Positions 58,638 to 64,000 of a stretch of DNA of 64,000 nt are shown piece after piece. The stretch is from the NCBI GenBank assembly GCA_041659205.1, contig JBAZYS010000004.1, positions 587 to 64,586 on the forward strand, in the 5' to 3' direction. The stretch comes from Minisyncoccota bacterium (GTDB lineage: Bacteria; Patescibacteriota; Minisyncoccia; Phycocordibacterales; UBA9973). Every line of letters begins with the position of its first letter. Within the stretch, counting starts at the first letter, position 1. Position numbers and translations under genes: made by a program. Below the pieces are notes generated by a model. That model saw only the letters and a program-made list of their open reading frames with translations, searched no databases and was not told the DNA's origin.

Positions 58638-58645
58638 ATTTTATT

Positions 58646-58684
58646 AACAAAAACCCCACTCACAAGTGGGTTTTTTGTTTTTTA
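58646..58684 (+). terminator. Intrinsic terminator
   Basis: AACAAAAACCCCACT-CACA-AGTGGGTTTTTTGTT. Confidence 0.75.
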
Positions 58685-58726
58685 AAACAGTTGCATATTA
58701 TTACCTTTTTAAGATATAATGCATCC

Positions 58727-58948
58727 ATGAGAAAAGCACGCATACTTTTAATTTTAGGTATTTGTATGGCAGTATTGCCATATTTAGGTTTCCCTTATTC
58801 ATGGAAGGATACTCTGTTTACTATCCTTGGATTTGTCCTTATGTTTTTCAGCTATCTCTTGTTTACTGATTATAAAAAACAAGAAGTGGAAAAGAAACCT
58901 TTTGACAATTTTAGAGAAAATACTAATTTTAACGAAACAGAAATATAA
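58727..58948 (+). CDS. Small 2-TM protein
   Basis: TTGCAT-N18-TATAAT-N6-ATG; LPYLGFPYSWK. Confidence 0.7.
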   Translation: MRKARILLILGICMAVLPYLGFPYSWKDTLFTILGFVLMFFSYLLFTDYKKQEVEKKPFDNFRENTNFNETEI

Positions 58949-58965
58949 AATAAAATAAATATTGC

Positions 58966-60186
58966 ATGAAAGAATTTATTCAAACAAAACGAGTCACCGT
59001 TACGGCTACAATACTTTTAGTAGCTGTCTTTTTTGTTTCTGGTATATACATTGGCCGCAATGATTATAAAGAAATTGATAAAGTTACAAGTATCTCTGGA
59101 AAGGAACCCCAAGTCACGACTCAAGCCGACTTTAGTCCATTCTGGAAAGTCTGGAACACTATTAATGAAAAATACCCCTCTGCGAGTAAAATAACCGACC
59201 AAGAAAGAGTTTACGGGGCTATTGCTGGCCTCACAAGCTCTCTAAAAGACCCATATAGCATCTTTTTCGCCCCAGATGAGGCAAAGTCATTTGAAGAGGA
59301 AATAGCAGGGAATTTTGATGGTATCGGCATGGAAGTAGGTATGAAAGATAAAATCCTTACAGTTATCGCTCCGCTCAAGGATACCCCAGCATATAGGGCA
59401 GATATAAAATCAGGTGACAAAATTCTCAAAATTGATAAAACTGTAACTACTGATTTAAGTGTTGAAAAAGCCATCAAATTAATCCGTGGACCAAAAGGGA
59501 CACCGGTTATGCTTACAATCTTCCGTGAAGGATTAAAACAACCAAAAGAAATTACTATCATAAGAGATACTATCAACATACCCACTCTCGACACTGAAAT
59601 TCGTCCAGATGGAATTTTTGTTATTAAACTTTATAGCTTCTCTGCAAACTCTGCGAACCTTTTCCGTAATGCCATGCAACAATTCGCTGAATCAGGAAAA
59701 GACAAACTATTACTAGATTTACGGGGAAATCCTGGTGGATATTTAGATGCGGCAGTTGATATATCGAGCTGGTTTCTAAAGGAGGGAAAAACTGTTGTCA
59801 CCGAAGACTATGGCAACAATCGTGAACCAGAAATATTCCGAAGTAAAGGTTATGATATTTTTACTGACAAATTAAAATTTGTAATTTTAATAGATAATGG
59901 ATCTGCTTCTGCTTCTGAAATTCTCGCTGGTGCAATGAGAGACAACGGAAAAGCAAAACTTGTCGGAAGCCAAAGCTTCGGTAAAGGTTCTGTACAAGAA
60001 GTCGTAAAGATTACAGCTGATACAATACTTAAAATTACGGTCGCTAAGTGGCTCACTCCAAACGGAATTTCTATCTCAGAAAAAGGATTGACTCCGGACT
60101 ATGTAGTAGAAAATACTCAAAAAGATTACGAAGCCAAGCGTGACCCGCAAATGGAAAAAGCTGTTGAATTATTATTATTAAAATAA
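58966..60186 (+). CDS. S41 C-terminal processing protease (CtpA/Prc family)
   Basis: PDZ domain (GIG), LDLRGNPGG, SASASE, FGKGSVQ. Confidence 0.93.
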   Translation: MKEFIQTKRVTVTATILLVAVFFVSGIYIGRNDYKEIDKVTSISGKEPQVTTQADFSPFWKVWNTINEKYPSASKITDQERVYGAIAGLTSSLKDPYSIFFAPDEAKSFEEEIAGNFDGIGMEVGMKDKILTVIAPLKDTPAYRADIKSGDKILKIDKTVTTDLSVEKAIKLIRGPKGTPVMLTIFREGLKQPKEITIIRDTINIPTLDTEIRPDGIFVIKLYSFSANSANLFRNAMQQFAESGKDKLLLDLRGNPGGYLDAAVDISSWFLKEGKTVVTEDYGNNREPEIFRSKGYDIFTDKLKFVILIDNGSASASEILAGAMRDNGKAKLVGSQSFGKGSVQEVVKITADTILKITVAKWLTPNGISISEKGLTPDYVVENTQKDYEAKRDPQMEKAVELLLLK

Positions 60187-60211
60187 TGAATGTAGTGAAT
60201 ATATTTTAATA

Positions 60212-60273
60212 ACCCTGTTAAATGATTTTTGTAAAACAAAAATCAAAATCCAAAAGATTTTATTTAACAGGGT
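60212..60273. repeat. Y-shaped palindromic element
   Basis: ACCCTGTTAAAT/ATTTAACAGGGT enclosing two abutting hairpins (60224-60244, 60245-60261). Confidence 0.8.
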
Positions 60274-60311
60274 AAAGATTTTAAAATCGTTTCACTCATT
60301 TAAAATCATTT

Positions 60312-60755
60312 ATGAAAGTTATTTTTTTACAAGATGTACCAAAAGTCGGAAGAAGATATGATGTAAAGGAAGTAAATGATGGCTATGCGATGAATTTCTT
60401 ATTCCCAAGAAAATTGGCTGAAATTGCCACACCTAATGCTGTCATTCAATTAGAAAAACATAAAAAAGAAATCATTGTCGAGAGAGCCGTCCAAGAAGAC
60501 CTATTAATAAAGAATCTGGAAGAAATAAAAAGCAAGATCATTGTAATCAAAGGCAAAGCTAATGATAAGGGTCATTTATTTTCAGCAATTCATACAAAAG
60601 AAATAATTGAAGAAATGAAACGACAGCATCACGCTGATTTGAGTATAGAATGCATTGCCTTAGAAAAACCAATTAAAGAAGTAGGGGAGTTTGAAATCCC
60701 AGTTGAAATGAAAGGAAAAGTTTCTTCCTTTAAGCTAATAGTAGAGAAAATTTAG
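60312..60755 (+). CDS. rplI: 50S ribosomal protein L9
   Basis: [11 protein letters not shown]...[16 protein letters not shown]; PIKEVG. Confidence 0.95.
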   Translation: MKVIFLQDVPKVGRRYDVKEVNDGYAMNFLFPRKLAEIATPNAVIQLEKHKKEIIVERAVQEDLLIKNLEEIKSKIIVIKGKANDKGHLFSAIHTKEIIEEMKRQHHADLSIECIALEKPIKEVGEFEIPVEMKGKVSSFKLIVEKI

Positions 60756-61027
60756 ATTACTACGTTTACAACTTTTTTAACTGCAGTTTTGCCGTTAAAA
60801 GAGGTTTTTCGTTTTGAGCCGAATTTAACTATGCCGTCCTTAAGGGCGAATAGGGTATGATCTTTACCAACAGATACATTTGTACCAGCCATAATAGCAG
60901 TACCACGTTGACGTACGATAATGGAGCCTGATTGAGCCCTCTCCCCATCAGTAAGCTTTATACCAAGGTATTGTGGATTTGAATCTCTTAAATTTTTCGC
61001 GGTTCCGCCGGCTTTTCTATGTGCCAT
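60752..61027 (-). CDS. rpmA: 50S ribosomal protein L27
   Basis: [31 protein letters not shown]. Confidence 0.97.
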   Translation of the reverse strand: MAHRKAGGTAKNLRDSNPQYLGIKLTDGERAQSGSIIVRQRGTAIMAGTNVSVGKDHTLFALKDGIVKFGSKRKTSFNGKTAVKKVVNVVI

Positions 61028-61096
61028 ATATTTATTCTTGTGCTGTTATATTATTTAATGCTAAAATTTACTTACTGAAGAAGTATAAACAATTAT

Positions 61097-61471
61097 ATGG
61101 AAAAAATCAAGCAATTTATAGAAAGTGATACTGGGAAAGACATAATGATAGTTATTATCGTTATTTTGGTTGGCTTGGGGTCATTTGAGCTAGGTAGACT
61201 ATCTAAGGGAACGAACTCCGAGGGTCTCAAGGTCATATATCCAGCTGTGGGGGACAAACAAGCTGCAAATGTAATCGAAGCAGTTCCCAATAAAGAAATA
61301 CCTGCTTCAAATAATTCTGGTAAAACTTTTTTCGCATCAAGCAGAGGAACAAAATACTACACGACAAGCTGTTCTGCGGGTAAAACAATCAAACAAGAAA
61401 ATAGAGTCTACTTTACAACAGGGGAAGAAGCAGTGCAGGCAGGTTATGTCCTTTCCAGCGCATGTAATTAG
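61097..61471 (+). CDS. Membrane-anchored protein with an Ada-metal-binding-like C-terminus
   Basis: TM helix; ASSRGTKYY...C...IKQENRVYF....A..AGY....C. Confidence 0.7.
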   Translation: MEKIKQFIESDTGKDIMIVIIVILVGLGSFELGRLSKGTNSEGLKVIYPAVGDKQAANVIEAVPNKEIPASNNSGKTFFASSRGTKYYTTSCSAGKTIKQENRVYFTTGEEAVQAGYVLSSACN

Positions 61472-61480
61472 AATATATAC

Positions 61481-61580
61481 GTGTCGCACAATATATGTTT
61501 GAGACCCTATACTATATTATATATGAGTCTCAAACATGGCGCAGATTGTACGACATTATTAATGTACGCACAATCTGCTT
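61481..61580. repeat. Tandem hairpins between convergent genes
   Basis: ATGTTTGAGAC...GTCTCAAACAT followed by GCAGATTGT...ACAATCTGC. Confidence 0.6.
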
Positions 61581-61606
61581 TTAAGGCCACTGGTACTCCT
61601 AATAAA

Positions 61607-61930
61607 TTACGGCTGAAGCTTTAGATTATTCCCCGCATTTTCAAAATCAGTAGGCTTTCCATCACGGATACGTTCCATATTAGAAATAAAACTTTTCCAA
61701 AAAATATTTATCCAAATATCATTCCATAGATATGCTGCAGGCTCGGCAAAATACGCTGTCCATAAGTTCTTGGTACCTCCAGCTACATAATTTACGTTTT
61801 CCTGGCCTGTAGGGCTTTCTACGACTGATTTGATACTTACTTTAAAGTAACTAAGCACTAAAACAATAATAACGCCTAGAATGATGATTCCTAGGATACT
61901 TAGACCACGTTGTGTATTAAAATATTTCAT
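61607..61930 (-). CDS. Pilin-like small protein
   Basis: N-terminus TQRG|LSILGIIILGVIIVLVL resembles a class III signal peptide. Confidence 0.6.
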   Translation of the reverse strand: MKYFNTQRGLSILGIIILGVIIVLVLSYFKVSIKSVVESPTGQENVNYVAGGTKNLWTAYFAEPAAYLWNDIWINIFWKSFISNMERIRDGKPTDFENAGNNLKLQP

Positions 61931-61940
61931 TTTATTTATT

Positions 61941-62078
61941 TTATCTCAAGACACCACTGAAAAATGAAGTAAACCAATTAATAACTCCAGAAATAGTAAT
62001 TCCAAAATATTTCATTATTAGCAAAGCAACAATTATAAAAATTATTATTTGAATAAACCCTCCTTGTTTATTTTTCAT
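61941..62078 (-). CDS. 45-aa pilin-like peptide (not in ORF track)
   Basis: TAAAAT-N6-ATG; MKNKQGG|FIQIIIFIIVALLIMKYFG... Confidence 0.6.
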   Translation of the reverse strand: MKNKQGGFIQIIIFIIVALLIMKYFGITISGVINWFTSFFSGVLR

Positions 62079-62114
62079 AATTATATTTTAGCATAGAATA
62101 AAAATTTTGAACAA

Positions 62115-63449
62115 TTACTTTTTTAATGCATATGAGGCTGGTAAGAAATACAATGGATCAAGATAAGCATTTATTGGTGACACGGGTTGGGTTAAAACCT
62201 TTCCTTTGCATGTATTACTGGGTATGCTTTTAATTTCAGCGGCATTGGGAGCATACACTGAAACATGTAAATGTGGAGCTGTAGAATGGCCCGTATTGCC
62301 ACTATAAGCAACCATTTGCCCTCTTTCAACCTTTTCCCCAATACTTACTTTTATCAAGGAAAGATGACCATAAACGCTTGATAAACCGTTATCGTATGTA
62401 ATAAACACATAACGCCCAAATGAAGCACCCGGGCACTGTAAATCAATATCTCCGACTCCCGTTACTACCCCTTTTGCCATCGCCTTCACTGGAGTACCGA
62501 CAGAAGCTCTAAAATCGACTCCACTATGTGTACCATTTGCATAGAGACGCTTCCCTGCTTCTGTTTTTCCAAAAACTTGAGTAACTAATATATTATCAAG
62601 TGGCCAAGAAAATATCCCAGCGTCTGGAAGCTTTGACGGGTCTAGGATATATTTTAACTGGGATTCATAGTCACGAAGCTCTTTCTCTAGTGCATCTTTT
62701 TGTACTAATCTAGCCTTTAAAATTTTCTGATAATTGGATTCACTATTTTTTGTTTGCGCTAAAAGTTTCTTTTTCTCTAAAGCGTTCTGCTCCACAATTT
62801 TCTTCTGATCTGCTAATTCGGATTTTAACGCAAGCAATTCATTTTTTGCATTTATTGCTTCTTTTCTTGTATCTTCGAGTTCCCCTTTAATCTGCCTTAA
62901 TTCTTTTATCCTATCTCTAGTTTTTTCTCTTATACTAATAATATTATCTACGTCATTCCAGACGGAAGAAAAATTGTTATATGAGAGTAAATTTTCTACT
63001 ATACTTCCAGATTCAAATTCACTAATTTGTTTCAAACCAAGATTAATTGAATTAATATTATTAGCAATATGACGCTCCTTGGTATTTATATCTTTTCCTA
63101 AGTTCTCTATTTTTAATGTTGTTCTATCAATTTTTTTCTGAGTAACAGAAATATCTGCACCCAGCTTTTTTTTAGTTAAATCAAGTTCCTTCAAGGTTTT
63201 ACTTAAAGAATTTTTTTGCTGTCCCAAGCTATCAAGCTGCACTTGAAATGTTGCTATCTCAGCCTCTAACTTCTGAATATCAGAATCTTTTTGAGATATT
63301 TTATTTTGAATATCTAATGCAGTTTGAGCGTTAACATAAAGTCCTTCGGCAAATAAAAAAAACCCAAATAAAAGTGCAAGAAAAACTGCAGGCAATAATT
63401 TAAAAAAATATTTATTCAATTGCTTTTTGTAATCTAGATAATGTTTCAT
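62115..63449 (-). CDS. Coiled-coil M23 peptidase (EnvC/MepM-like)
   Basis: Long coiled coil; HSGVD, YGHLS, GNTG.STAPHLH. Confidence 0.9.
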   Translation of the reverse strand: MKHYLDYKKQLNKYFFKLLPAVFLALLFGFFLFAEGLYVNAQTALDIQNKISQKDSDIQKLEAEIATFQVQLDSLGQQKNSLSKTLKELDLTKKKLGADISVTQKKIDRTTLKIENLGKDINTKERHIANNINSINLGLKQISEFESGSIVENLLSYNNFSSVWNDVDNIISIREKTRDRIKELRQIKGELEDTRKEAINAKNELLALKSELADQKKIVEQNALEKKKLLAQTKNSESNYQKILKARLVQKDALEKELRDYESQLKYILDPSKLPDAGIFSWPLDNILVTQVFGKTEAGKRLYANGTHSGVDFRASVGTPVKAMAKGVVTGVGDIDLQCPGASFGRYVFITYDNGLSSVYGHLSLIKVSIGEKVERGQMVAYSGNTGHSTAPHLHVSVYAPNAAEIKSIPSNTCKGKVLTQPVSPINAYLDPLYFLPASYALKK

Positions 63450-64000
63450 TTTTACCGACTATGTAAGCAATAGTAAACGGATCTGGGGATTTATCGAGAC
63501 CTGATAAAGCAAAACGTATAGGATGAAGGAGCTCTCCCCTACTTTCAAGGCCATCAGCGATTTTCATTAATGCGACCTTGATATTATCAACAGTAAAATT
63601 GTCTTCTTTTAATTCTTTCAATGCTTCTATAGCTTGGCTTAAATTCTCAGTTGTTTTTTCAGGTAAAGTGTTTTTAAAAATTAATTTATTTTTTTCATAC
63701 TCTGGTGCCTTGTAGAAGAAATCGAGCTCCCCTTTTGTAAGCATTTCTTTAATATCTCCCCATTTAGAAATTCTCTCCACAATTAAAGGAATAATTTTGG
63801 GTACGATAACATCATCTTGCATTTCCTTCGGTAAATATTGTAAAACATATTTTTTTACTTCATCTGAAGGAAGTAACTTGATGTGTTCTTTGTTCATCCA
63901 ATTTAATTTTTCATCGCTCCATTGAGCTCCTTTGTGCTGGATCTTGCTTAAATCAAAAACATCAATCAATTCTTCTCTGGTAAATATTTCTTTCTCACCA
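63412..64000 (-). CDS. gltX: Glutamyl-tRNA synthetase, C-terminal part (truncated by window end)
   Basis: FDLSKI...GA....KLNWMN.EHI and PIRFALSG...SPD anticodon-binding domain. Confidence 0.88.
   Translation of the reverse strand, partial: GEKEIFTREELIDVFDLSKIQHKGAQWSDEKLNWMNKEHIKLLPSDEVKKYVLQYLPKEMQDDVIVPKIIPLIVERISKWGDIKEMLTKGELDFFYKAPEYEKNKLIFKNTLPEKTTENLSQAIEALKELKEDNFTVDNIKVALMKIADGLESRGELLHPIRFALSGLDKSPDPFTIAYIVGKNETLSRLQKAIE

Noticed and set aside
1-64000. CRISPR array, retron or DGR
   Set aside because: No regularly spaced direct repeats, cas genes or reverse-transcriptase motifs were seen

Overview
AT-rich bacterial chromosomal window, standard genetic code. Gene content and style (short Rel, GxVLGA surface proteins, mostly SD-less starts, L9 present) suggest Patescibacteria/CPR, probably Parcubacteria; this is an inference. 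Housekeeping genes (miaA, murA, parB, rel, topA, dprA, serS, dus, dnaX, guaC, PBP2, rplI, rpmA, gltX) flank a ~14 kb island that begins right after tRNA-Gln. The island has a large serine recombinase, an HNH restriction-modification locus with two methyltransferases plus an apparently dead third one, a ParB-MTase, an XRE + ImmA/IrrE regulator pair, and a divergent Ubl / cysteine-free E2 / JAB-E1 / DUF6527 operon resembling Bub bacterial ubiquitination systems. Main non-coding observations: (i) a C4-like antisense RNA whose unpaired segment is complementary to codons 2-5 of the next gene; (ii) branched palindromic elements with compensatory changes, one inserted in frame in dus; (iii) a 40-aa ORF enclosed by 16-bp inverted repeats; (iv) a recurring TANNNT-N6-start (leaderless-type) layout that contrasts with three GC-rich, SD-led antisense orphan cassettes, one encoding a porin-like protein. 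All family assignments come from reading motifs by eye; no database search was run.
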